Numbered from the stretch's first letter, positions 1-8,155 are shown. The stretch is DNA of 64,000 nt from an archaeon (GCA_024277205.1 JAJRVP010000021.1:25130-89129); one strand, 5' to 3'. Notes: generated from the letters alone by a model not told the origin. Made by a program: numbers and translations.

Positions 1-189
1 AGTTTGTATAGAGTTAATGGAAAGCGTCAAACTCGTGAGTATGTAAAGAGTATCTTAAGTCCTGCTAACATAGACCCAGATGGATATAACATTGTTATGC
101 AGGGAGAGATAGGAAAATTTATTGATTTATCAACAGAAGAGCGAAGAAAAATAATTGAGGACCTATCTGGCATATCCATTTATGAATAA
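1..189 (+). CDS. smc: SMC chromosome-segregation ATPase, N-terminal fragment (5' end lies outside the window), ended by an in-frame TAA at 187-189
   Basis: The frame is open from base 1. The sequence NIVMQGEIGKFIDLSTEERRKIIEDLSGISIYE matches the conserved SMC head-to-coiled-coil junction (QG.i..i....p.eRR.iiEe.aGi..Y). It is in the same frame as ORF 277..2967. Confidence 0.75.
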   Translation, partial: SLYRVNGKRQTREYVKSILSPANIDPDGYNIVMQGEIGKFIDLSTEERRKIIEDLSGISIYE

Positions 190-276
190 AAAAAGCATAA
201 ATGTCTTTTAGAAATTGGTAAGGTTGAACAAAAATTAAAAGAAGCCAACATAATTCTAAACGAAAAAATTAGACAT

Positions 277-2967
277 ATGGAGGAATTAAAAAAGGAAAAG
301 GAACAAGCAGAAAAATTTTCTGATTTGCAAAAAGAATTGCGTTACAAAAAAGCATCAAAAATTAAAAAAGAGATGGATGAATTAAACTTTGAAAAGTCAA
401 AAATTTTAAAGAGTATTGAAGAGAGAAATAATGAAATTGAAAAATTAACTGAAACAAAAAATAATCTTTCTAAAAAAATAGATTTAAATTCTGAAGAGCT
501 TGAAAAGATAAATAACTTAACTGAAGAATTGGGTGGAACTGAACAAGTAGAATTAAACAACCAAATTGAAGAAATAAGAATTAGAATAAATGAATTAAAA
601 ACAGAAATACGTGGTGGAGAAAAAGAACTAAAACGAATTGAAGAAAGAAAGCAGCAATTGTTAAAAGATATCAAGCTAAATATAGAAAATTCTGAAAAAT
701 TGAAAAAAGACATCCTACACCTAAATGAAACCATAAATTCCTTAAAGCAAAAGCTGGATAAAGAGAAAGAAAAATTTGACAGATTAAACAACTTAGACAA
801 AGAAAGAGTTTCAATATTTTCAGAAATCAATGCAATTGAAAAAGAAATTATTGCATTGGGTGGCGAATTATCAGATTACAAGAAAAAACAAGAAGAATTT
901 GAAAAAAAGAAAAAATTAAAACAAGATTTAAAGATAAAGGAAGAAAAATTGAAGAGCCTCCTTGAAAAGGATTCTACCTTTGCAATTAAAATCTCAAATC
1001 TTAAAGATGAACATAACAAATTAACAAAGGAATTGCATAACTTAGAGGGTAAAAAAGAAGTACTCTTTGGGCTTCTCAAAAAAGGGACGCGGGCTATTTT
1101 AGCAAAAAAGGATTCTGGAGAAATAAAAGGGATCCATGGATTATTATATGATTTGGCAAAAGTTGATGAGAAATATGCAATACCATTAAAAGTTGCTGCT
1201 GGTTCACGAAGTGATGCTATTGTTGTTGACAATGTTTCTGTGGCAAAAGAATGCATAGATTACTTACGCCAAAATAAATTAGGAATTGCAACATTTCTTC
1301 CATTAGACAAATTAAAAGTGGAAAAAACTAAAAAAGAGATTAAAAAAATTGATGGTGTAATTGGTTTTGCCATAGATTTAATAAGATACAATCAAAAATA
1401 TGAAAATGTATTCAGATACATTCTCTCAGATACATTAGTTGTAAAAGATATAGAAACCGCAAAAAAAGTTGGGATAAATAAATACAGAATGGTAACTTTA
1501 GATGGGGATTTAATTGAAAGAAGTGGGGCAATGACTGGTGGACATCGCCAAAAAGAAGTTGTTGGTTTTAAAAGCGAACCAATTAATGAAAAAATAAAAA
1601 AGTTGCAAAATGAAATCTCCAAAATCAATGGGGAAACGAATAGCATCGAAGGAAAAAGAGAAGAATTAAATGAAAAAATTGAAAACTTGAGAAGAGAGAT
1701 TTACCACATTAATTCTTTTATTGATTCATTAGGCGAATTTGATGAGGAAAAATTCAAAAAACTAAAAGATGAATTGGATAAGAAAAAACTTGTAAAGGAA
1801 GAATTAGAGGAAAAATTAAAATCATTGCCTGAAAAAGTTGATAAGGGGCACTTGGAAAATGTTTCTAAGAAAATTGAAGAACTCCAAACAAAACTAAACG
1901 AGATTGAAGCGAAAAAAAGAGGATTTGGATTTGAATTGGAAATCATAAAAAGAGATATGGAACGCTCACAAAAATTAATAAAAGATTTGGAAAAAGAAAA
2001 AATAAATTTTGAAAAAAACATTAACAGTTGGAAAAAAGAACTTGAACAATCAGAAAAAAGATTAAATGCTAAACTTGAAGAAGAAAAGAAATTCCATTCC
2101 AAACTTAAATCGTTATATGAAAAAAGGACAAAAATAAATGAACTAATTAAACATTTAGAAATAAAACGTGCGAGAATTGATGAACAAATTGAAAAAATAC
2201 GTGACCACCTAAACAACTTCAAGCTAAAACTTGCTGAGATAAATGCCAAATTAGAAGGAAAGAAAACAGCCATGGAAGAATTCTCTGATATTACTATAAA
2301 TGAAGTTAAAGAAGATATACAAGAGCTTGAAAAACAAATTCATCAACTCGAAATTAAAATCTCTTCTTTTGGAGCAGTAAACATGCGTGCTCTTGATGTA
2401 TACAAAGAAGTGGAAAAAGAATATAATGAACTAAAAGAAAAAGTTGACAAACTTCAACAAGAAAAAGATGAAATAATCAAGGTTATGAATGAAGTTGAGG
2501 AAAAGAAAAAAGAAGCATTTTTTGAAACATTTAGAAATGTGGCTAAAAATTTTGAACGTGTATTCTCAGTCCTATCCCCAAATGGAGAGGGAAGATTAAT
2601 TCTTGAAAATGAAGAAGAACCATTTGAAGGTGGGTTGGATATTGTTGCACGTCCTGGTGGAAAAAAATTTATCTCTCTCAAAGCAATGAGTGGTGGAGAA
2701 AAGACATTAACAACATTAGCATTCATATTTGCTGTCCAAGAATACATGCCATCTCCATTTTATATAATGGATGAAGTAGATGCTGCACTTGATAGGGAAA
2801 ATTCAGAACGCCTTGGTTATCTTTTATCAGAATATTCAAAAACATCTCAATTTATTGTAGTAACACACAATGATTCTATACTTGCAAAAGCAGATAGTGT
2901 GTATGGAGTGCATATGAATGCACTTGGGGAATCCCAAATTGTTTCTGTAAAACTCCCAAAAAGATAA
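277..2967 (+). CDS. smc: SMC chromosome-segregation ATPase, main body (coiled coil, hinge, coiled coil, C-terminal head). The frame is already open from 190.
   Basis: 896 aa with long K/E-rich coiled coils. Hinge-like GIHGLLYDLAKVDEKYAIPLKVAAGSRSDAIVVDN. C-terminal ABC signature and Walker B: LSGGEKTLTTLAFIFAVQEYMPSPFYIMDEVDAALD. Confidence 0.9.
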   Translation: MEELKKEKEQAEKFSDLQKELRYKKASKIKKEMDELNFEKSKILKSIEERNNEIEKLTETKNNLSKKIDLNSEELEKINNLTEELGGTEQVELNNQIEEIRIRINELKTEIRGGEKELKRIEERKQQLLKDIKLNIENSEKLKKDILHLNETINSLKQKLDKEKEKFDRLNNLDKERVSIFSEINAIEKEIIALGGELSDYKKKQEEFEKKKKLKQDLKIKEEKLKSLLEKDSTFAIKISNLKDEHNKLTKELHNLEGKKEVLFGLLKKGTRAILAKKDSGEIKGIHGLLYDLAKVDEKYAIPLKVAAGSRSDAIVVDNVSVAKECIDYLRQNKLGIATFLPLDKLKVEKTKKEIKKIDGVIGFAIDLIRYNQKYENVFRYILSDTLVVKDIETAKKVGINKYRMVTLDGDLIERSGAMTGGHRQKEVVGFKSEPINEKIKKLQNEISKINGETNSIEGKREELNEKIENLRREIYHINSFIDSLGEFDEEKFKKLKDELDKKKLVKEELEEKLKSLPEKVDKGHLENVSKKIEELQTKLNEIEAKKRGFGFELEIIKRDMERSQKLIKDLEKEKINFEKNINSWKKELEQSEKRLNAKLEEEKKFHSKLKSLYEKRTKINELIKHLEIKRARIDEQIEKIRDHLNNFKLKLAEINAKLEGKKTAMEEFSDITINEVKEDIQELEKQIHQLEIKISSFGAVNMRALDVYKEVEKEYNELKEKVDKLQQEKDEIIKVMNEVEEKKKEAFFETFRNVAKNFERVFSVLSPNGEGRLILENEEEPFEGGLDIVARPGGKKFISLKAMSGGEKTLTTLAFIFAVQEYMPSPFYIMDEVDAALDRENSERLGYLLSEYSKTSQFIVVTHNDSILAKADSVYGVHMNALGESQIVSVKLPKR

Positions 2968-3231
2968 TTATTCAAATTGACATTTAAAATTGTTACAACC
3001 ACATTCTTTTTTAGGTTTTGTTTTGTTTAAAATCTCACAAACTTCTTCTGGACATTTCCACCAACTTAAATCTTTAGAATCACATCTCCATGTACAGCAA
3101 ACTTTTTGCATCTTGCAATTAGAATTCAACAAACAAGGTGTTTGGGGAATAAACTCTGGTGCAAATATGTAAATCCCCGCAGCAAGTAATAGGATACCTA
3201 CAATGATTCCTGCAAAAAATGAAGTGAACAT
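2968..3231 (-). CDS. Small membrane-anchored cysteine-rich protein (hypothetical)
   Basis: 87 aa with an N-terminal hydrophobic helix (FFAGIIVGILLLAAGIYIF) followed by a 60-aa tail with 10 Cys. GGTGAT Shine-Dalgarno about 8 nt upstream of the ATG. The start lies 15 nt after the tRNA-Val 3' end. Confidence 0.55.
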   Translation of the reverse strand: MFTSFFAGIIVGILLLAAGIYIFAPEFIPQTPCLLNSNCKMQKVCCTWRCDSKDLSWWKCPEEVCEILNKTKPKKECGCNNFKCQFE

Positions 3232-3244
3232 TTTTAAATCACCA

Positions 3245-3426
<182 letters not shown>

Positions 3427-3443
3427 GTAATATGTTCTCTAAA

Positions 3444-3458
3444 CTATTTATTTAAAAA
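3444..3458 (-). promoter_or_regulatory. TATA box/BRE-like promoter for tRNA-Val
   Basis: Minus strand TTTTTAAATAAATAG lies 18-32 nt upstream of tRNA position 1. The same motif precedes tRNA-Ile, and a near-identical one precedes SRP RNA. Confidence 0.5.
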
Positions 3459-3948
3459 TTTGTCTATTGTCGCTCAATAATTTTTCTAATTCTTGTTTGA
3501 TTTCATCCATTGTTGTTACAAAATCGTTTAGTGTATCTGCAAACCCTGTCATTATAACTGTTAGGTGTGTCAGTCCCATAGGATTGCTCAATAATTTTTC
3601 GCTTGTTAAATAAAATCCTTTTTCACCATACATAATCTTTTGTGGAGATTTATCCAAATTATTAATTCCATATTGCAATACTTCAATTGGTTTTTGAAAT
3701 TCCCAATCAACACCAACATATTGTCGTGGTGATTCCACAGTATTTAGTCTCCACATCCAAGCTCTTTCTTTTACCTTTTCAAAATCTTCTGTTGGAAAAA
3801 TTAATCCGCAAAGTTCTGGTGCATCAATCTCTCTAAGTGGCGCATAAAAAACAAATGTTTGGACCCCATGTGGAACATCTATATTGCTGTTATTATACTT
3901 GCTTTGGATTTCTTCAACTCTTTTTTTAATTTCTTCAATCATATTCAT
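3448..3948 (-). CDS. Hypothetical protein
   Basis: Long ORF. The listed N-terminal extension (3949-4020) overlaps tRNA-Ser, so the start is taken at ATG 3948 or ATG 3942, preceded by GGTGAT. No recognisable motif. Confidence 0.55.
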   Translation of the reverse strand: MNMIEEIKKRVEEIQSKYNNSNIDVPHGVQTFVFYAPLREIDAPELCGLIFPTEDFEKVKERAWMWRLNTVESPRQYVGVDWEFQKPIEVLQYGINNLDKSPQKIMYGEKGFYLTSEKLLSNPMGLTHLTVIMTGFADTLNDFVTTMDEIKQELEKLLSDNRQIFK

Positions 3949-3957
3949 CACCAAAAG

Positions 3958-4213
3958 CGCCGGGGGTGGGAATTTCCTTCGGCAAAACACGGCTTTTGCC
4001 GAATTTCGAATTCGTGGCACCCCCAGAGTTCTCTTTTCCGGGCGCGCTTTTCTCTTTCAAGAGAAAATGGTGCTCCCACGCATCCCGAAGGAAACTGGCT
4101 ATCAACGCACCTTTTTGGTCGAGCTTTTTTTCAAAAAGGTCGTAGCAGGCCAGCGCCATAACCAGATTTCCCACACTTTTCTTTGGAAGAAAAGTTTTCT
4201 AGGCGACCCCGGC
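3958..4213 (-). tRNA. tRNA-Ser(GCU) with multiple insertions: D-loop about 4169-4198, canonical 37/38 at 4101-4142, and about 97 nt inside the T-arm (3971-4074)
   Basis: Minus-strand read: GCCGGGG TC GCCT AG[~30]AATCTGGTTAT GGCG CTGGC CTGCTA[42]A GCCAG, then a long variable arm TTTCCTTCGGGATGC, GTGGG[104 incl. T-loop]CCCAC CCCCGGC G. Acceptor, anticodon and T stems pair. Length after removing the insertions is about 87 nt, which fits a class II tRNA. The T-loop splice boundaries could not be resolved by eye. Confidence 0.65.
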
Positions 4214-4260
4214 AAAACTTTTTATTTTCTTTAACAAAACTTTCTTTTTAAGAAAGTTTT
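4214..4260 (-). repeat. Intron-like hairpin module filling the spacer between the SRP RNA 3' end and the tRNA-Ser 5' end
   Basis: Minus strand: AAAACTTTCTT AAA AAGAAAGTTTT GTT AAAGAAAATAAAAAG. This is the same pyrimidine arm / loop / purine arm / spacer / second purine arm layout as the tRNA introns. Confidence 0.6.
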
Positions 4261-4530
4261 GGGCGGGTGCGCCAACCCTTGAGAAGCCATACCAATGGCA
4301 GTCCCCAGGTTTTTTCTCCACCCCGGATCCTAAGAGCATACGCTATCCTGCTTAGGGCTGCTCGGTTCCCCGCCTGACCCGATTCACAGAATAACGCATC
4401 CCTTAGGGCGAGGCTTCTTAGATACAACCTAGGCTTACCAGAGATATGGCAACCCTCAGGTTGGCTTCAGCCCCCCATAAGGACGGTTTGGGGTTAACAG
4501 GCCACGCCCAACGGCCCACCTAACCCGCCC
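4261..4530 (-). ncRNA. ffs: Signal recognition particle RNA (7S/SRP RNA)
   Basis: A 270-nt GC-rich island. The 5' GGGCGGGT pairs with the 3' ACCCGCCC. Minus-strand GTCAGGCGGGGAACCGAGCAGCC...AAGCAGG (plus 4356-4378) matches the universally conserved helix-8 motif (E. coli 4.5S GGUCAGGUCCGGAAGGAAGCAGCC), including a GGAA tetraloop. Confidence 0.85.
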
Positions 4531-4548
4531 AAAAAAATAAGAAAAAGG

Positions 4549-4561
4549 GGATTTTAAAAAG
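4549..4561 (-). promoter_or_regulatory. TATA-like promoter for SRP RNA
   Basis: Minus strand CTTTTTAAAATCC lies 19-31 nt upstream of the GGGCGGG 5' end. Confidence 0.45.
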
Positions 4562-4575
4562 TTTCCTTTATTTGG

Positions 4576-5769
4576 TTATTCCAAATCTTTTGCTGTAACT
4601 ATTTTTACTCTTCTACTTGTGCCTGCTGAACTAACTCCTACAATTGTTGAAACTTGCGAACGTTCTGCATATCTAATAATATCTGGGGTTATTTGTCCAT
4701 CCATTACAATTGTATCAACATCTGGCAAACTCCTTATTGTATTTTTTAGTTCTTTTGTAGGCACTTTTCCTAAAATGTTCATGTTTGAATCAAGTAAGTA
4801 TGCACCTCTTGTCCCAATAAGTTCATCCAACATCTTCTTGAATTCTTTAACATACTCTGGGTGAATCCCAATTGATTTTTGTTTTGGCCTTTGTTGTCTT
4901 TTCTGTTCTCTTGCTTGCGGCTTTGTTTCTGGTTTTAATTCGCCCATTTCTTCTTTGAATTGATCAAGTGGCACTTGTGCTCTTAAGCATTTGTGGATTT
5001 CTTTTTTTGTTAATTCTTCAACTTCTTTTCCTTGTGGTGCCATTGCAACAAAGTCAATGTCTCCTACTGCCATTAATTCTCTTACAATTAATTTTCCACC
5101 TCTATCTCCATCAACAAAAACAGTTGTGGTTTTTGTTTTTGTCAAATCTGCAATTGTTTTTGGTACAGAAGTTCCATTTAATCCAATAACATTCCTAAAC
5201 CCATTTTTAAGCAAGTTAATGACATCAGCTCTTCCTTCAACAACAATTATCTCATCACTTTCTTTAATTCCTGGCCCTGCTGGCAATCTATCCTTGCCAT
5301 ATTCTACGAGTTCTAAGCTTCTTACTGCTTGTTTTATCTCTTCCATTAATTCTGCAGACTCTGGTCCTTTTTCTATCATAGTTCTAAGCAATTCTTTTGC
5401 TCTTTCAACAACATATCCCCTCTTGGTTATTCTAACATCTTCAATATTTTCAACTGTGATTTTTGCATTGCAAGGGCCTATTCTTTGAATTGTTTCTAAA
5501 GCAGAAGCCACAATAGCTGTTTCAGCCATATCCATTGAAGAAGGAATTGTAATTGTTCCTTCTGTTTTTCCATTTTTGGTTTCAAGTTTAACCTCAATCC
5601 TTCCAATTCTACCAGATTTTTGCAATTCTCTTAATTCTAATTCTGAACCTAAAAGTCCTTCTGTTTGTCCAAAAACAGCACCAATCACATCTGGCTTTTC
5701 AACAGTTCCATCTACATGGATCCTAGTATGCACTATATATTTCGCAGATATCGGTGATATCTTTCCCAT
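4576..5769 (-). CDS. dnaG: Archaeal DnaG-type primase/Toprim protein
   Basis: 397 aa. The N-terminus AKYIVHTRIHVDGTVEKPDVIGAVFGQTEGLLG is typical of archaeal DnaG. Toprim region IIVVEGRADVINLLKNG ... VFVDGDRGG. AAGGAGG Shine-Dalgarno upstream. Confidence 0.9.
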   Translation of the reverse strand: MGKISPISAKYIVHTRIHVDGTVEKPDVIGAVFGQTEGLLGSELELRELQKSGRIGRIEVKLETKNGKTEGTITIPSSMDMAETAIVASALETIQRIGPCNAKITVENIEDVRITKRGYVVERAKELLRTMIEKGPESAELMEEIKQAVRSLELVEYGKDRLPAGPGIKESDEIIVVEGRADVINLLKNGFRNVIGLNGTSVPKTIADLTKTKTTTVFVDGDRGGKLIVRELMAVGDIDFVAMAPQGKEVEELTKKEIHKCLRAQVPLDQFKEEMGELKPETKPQAREQKRQQRPKQKSIGIHPEYVKEFKKMLDELIGTRGAYLLDSNMNILGKVPTKELKNTIRSLPDVDTIVMDGQITPDIIRYAERSQVSTIVGVSSAGTSRRVKIVTAKDLE

Positions 5770-5792
5770 TCAAATCGCCTCCTTAAGCCAAT

Positions 5793-6055
5793 AGGCGAGA
5801 AATAGTTTAGTATGAAACAAACATACTATTCTTGATTTTATCTGAAATTCAAAGTGATAATAATGATCATCCTCGCCAATTGGCAATTAATTATTAATTT
5901 GGTAAGGTGTGAACATGATGGCCCGTAACTAACCGACTATCACAAATCAAGTCAGCACCTTCACGGGCCAAATATATCAAGCAGGAGTATTCTGTGCTCA
6001 CAGATGAAACTCAAATAGTTTCTCGCACAGAGAACCGGCCCACTTGATTACGCCT
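5793..6055 (+). ncRNA. rnpB: Structured ncRNA, candidate (reduced) RNase P RNA
   Basis: No credible ORF in a 500-nt gap, with locally raised GC. Three motifs resemble RNase P conserved regions and occur in the correct order and spacing. GGGCCAAATA (5965-5974) compares with E. coli AGGCCAAAUAGGGG. AGATGAA (6002-6008) compares with AGAUGAAUG. ACAGAGAACCGGCCCA (6027-6042) compares with ACAGAACCCGGCUUA. Terminal pairing AGGCG (5793-5797)/CGCCT (6051-6055). Hairpins TAGTATG/CATACTA (5808-5828) and GGCCCGT/ACGGGCC (5920-5969). I could not find a clean CR-I/P4 5' strand. Confidence 0.4.
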
Positions 6056-6203
6056 TGCCAAATATATTTTATAGTGTATGCTTTATAAACTTTTTCATAA
6101 CTACTCAAAAGGGATTACAGTAATATCTATAAATTCTGCTGTTCTGGATATAATCCATGATAAATGTTTTTATTATCCATGGCGCAGTTAAACTACAAAA
6201 TTT

Positions 6204-6276
6204 CCTCTTTTGCTTGAAAAGATAAAAGATTTTCTCTCTTAGTACAGGTTCTCTCTTTTCTAAAGAGAAAAAGTGC
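6204..6276 (-). repeat. Hairpin module (B-type) abutting the stop codon of CDS 6277-6774, plus a second small hairpin
   Basis: Minus strand after the stop: TAA GCAC TTTTTCTCTTT AGA AAAGAGAGAA CCTGTACT AAGAGAGAAAATC TTTTATC, then CTTTTCAAGCAAAAG. About 85% identical to the copy at 62631-62673. Confidence 0.6.
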
Positions 6277-6774
6277 TTACATGAAGCGCTGCATATGGAA
6301 GAATGCTTTCATCTCATTTTCAACAGTATGCATGTCAGTAGCTACTTTCTCTTTCCATGTATTAAATGTTGAACGATAGAAATAAACATCATATACTCCT
6401 TTTAGAAATTTGAGCAACGGATTTGTTTCCCATCTATTTTCATAGTCTGTCTGAATGTAACATTTCATCTCTAATTCTACTTCACCACTATTTTTTGTGG
6501 TTTGAACTCCTTCAACAACAACCTGCACTTTTTGAAGTCCTACTATCAATGTTTTTGCAAAAATTCTAAACAAGGAGTAATCATCAACTTTTTTATAACA
6601 ATTCCATTCAATTTCCACTTCGTCGCCTTCTGGTTTTGTTTTATGTTTATATTTTTGCTCTTCTACATCGTACCCAAGGCTTCTAAATATATCATAAAGG
6701 AGCCTATAGTAATCTCCAAAATCAAAAATCCCTTTATACTTCATACGTGATTTTGTTATGGTTATTTCTTCCAT
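6277..6774 (-). CDS. Hypothetical protein
   Basis: Long ORF. ATG at 6774 is preceded by GGGTGA and overlaps the stop of the upstream CBS gene (GGGTGAAAATG). No recognisable motif. Confidence 0.55.
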   Translation of the reverse strand: MEEITITKSRMKYKGIFDFGDYYRLLYDIFRSLGYDVEEQKYKHKTKPEGDEVEIEWNCYKKVDDYSLFRIFAKTLIVGLQKVQVVVEGVQTTKNSGEVELEMKCYIQTDYENRWETNPLLKFLKGVYDVYFYRSTFNTWKEKVATDMHTVENEMKAFFHMQRFM

Positions 6775-6776
6775 TT

Positions 6777-7232
6777 TCACCCTCTCGGATAATATGTTAA
6801 TTTTAAAGATGGTTCTCGAATTTTAAGTTTTTCAATTAACACATCAATAATACCAGGTTCGACCTTTAATAAATCTTTTTCGCTTAAATAGCCAACAACC
6901 TTTCCATTATCTACAACTGGAAATTTTCTAATTCCTTTTTTATTCATTATCTGTGCAACCTTTGACAAATCATCATTAGGATTAACAGTAATTGGTTTTC
7001 TTGTCATTATCTCTTTTACTTTTGTCTTAGTTGGACTTTTGTTTTTGATAAATGCTCTTTTTAATATATCTCCCTCTGTTACTATGCCCACTAAAACTCC
7101 TTTGTCAAGCACCAAAATAGAGCCTATTTTACGCTTAGCCATCAATCTTGCTGCTTTACCAATGCTTGTATCTGGACTAACAAAAATGGGTTTTCTTGTC
7201 ATTATCTCTCTAACTCTAATTCTGTATTTCAT
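6777..7232 (-). CDS. CBS domain pair protein
   Basis: 151 aa with two CBS repeats: IMTRKPIFVSPDTSIGKAARLMAKRKIGSILVLD..VGIVTEGDIL and IMTRKPITVNPNDDLSKVAQIMNKKGIRKFPVVDNGKVVGYLSEKDLL. Confidence 0.85.
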   Translation of the reverse strand: MKYRIRVREIMTRKPIFVSPDTSIGKAARLMAKRKIGSILVLDKGVLVGIVTEGDILKRAFIKNKSPTKTKVKEIMTRKPITVNPNDDLSKVAQIMNKKGIRKFPVVDNGKVVGYLSEKDLLKVEPGIIDVLIEKLKIREPSLKLTYYPRG

Positions 7233-7402
7233 AAAATAATATAATCGTGTTTAATTAAAATAGTTGTCGTATTATGACAAATCTTAAAAAAGAAAATTTT
7301 TTATTCAGCATATGGGGAAACGATTGTTTTGATTGATGTTTTCATCATTTAAAAGGGGCAAAAGTTTTAAAAACATATTGATTATTTAATTTATTGGTGC
7401 TT

Positions 7403-8155
7403 ATGTCGGATACTAAAGATCTAACCAGGGAATTAGTGACTCTTCTATTAAAATCAAATAGCATTATCTTTAATAACAATCATGAAAAAACAGATGAAAT
7501 CTTACCACCTGAAGCAAAGTTTAGACTTAATTTTGATAATTTATTCCAAAATTATAGGGGGGAATTAACAGATATCTTTGTTGAAGCTGTTGCAACAACA
7601 ATATACAAAAAATATGGTGTTGATGTAATCTTTGGAATAGGAAATTCTGGAACAATGATTTCTGTGGGTTCTGATGTATTGGTTGAGAGATTAAAAGAAG
7701 ACGACAGAATCAAAATTAAAAATTATAGGTGGGGTTATGTTGATAAAAGTGGGAACCCAATTGGTGTAAACCTTGAGGATGGGGACCGTATTGCGATATT
7801 AGATGAAGCTGGAATATTCTATAATTCATTATTGAAGGGAATTGGAGACATATACAAACAAAATGTTGAAGGATTAGAATTCGTGGTGGTATTAAATGGA
7901 TTAGATTTAGGTGTGGTGGATGAAAAAACAGGAATCCCAAGAAAGGACCTTGCAGCCAGAATAATTGCATCAAAGTATAACAGAAATGATGATGAAGTAA
8001 AAATATTAAGTGTTGCTACAATTGAAGATGTTTTGTACATCGGTTCTAATATCGAATCTAAAGGACAAAAAAATGGATGGACAAAAATAGGTGAATACGA
8101 AAAAGAAATTTTAGAGGAATATATCCATTCTCAAAAAGAAAAATTAAAATATTAA
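7403..8155 (+). CDS. Phosphoribosyltransferase-like protein with a degenerate PRPP-binding motif
   Basis: The layout ...VIFGIGNSGTMIS...NLEDGDRIAILDEAGIFYNSL...EFVVVLNGLD parallels type I PRTases (G.l..GdrVlivDDviTTG). However, the acidic-TTG loop is replaced by DEAGIFYNS. First ATG at 7403. Confidence 0.35.
   Translation: MSDTKDLTRELVTLLLKSNSIIFNNNHEKTDEILPPEAKFRLNFDNLFQNYRGELTDIFVEAVATTIYKKYGVDVIFGIGNSGTMISVGSDVLVERLKEDDRIKIKNYRWGYVDKSGNPIGVNLEDGDRIAILDEAGIFYNSLLKGIGDIYKQNVEGLEFVVVLNGLDLGVVDEKTGIPRKDLAARIIASKYNRNDDEVKILSVATIEDVLYIGSNIESKGQKNGWTKIGEYEKEILEEYIHSQKEKLKY

Noticed and set aside
342-2747. Five antisense ORFs inside smc (342-830, 876-1256, 1392-1646, 1701-2273, 2454-2747).
   Set aside because: Their S/F/L-rich low-complexity translations are the mirror image of the K/E-rich coiled-coil codons. 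They have no starts with ribosome-binding sites and lie fully within a well-supported gene.
3859-4234. ORFs 3859-4161(+), 3884-4234(+), 3935-4174(-) and the 3949-4020 N-terminal extension of the 3448 gene.
   Set aside because: They run through tRNA-Ser and its insertions. The region is better explained by the tRNA cloverleaf, and the translations are not protein-like.
6090-6200. Imperfect inverted repeat GGATATAATCCATGATAA...TTATTATCCATGG, considered as a possible mobile-element end or regulatory dyad.
   Set aside because: The arms pair poorly, there are no flanking direct repeats or second copy, and no transposase is nearby.
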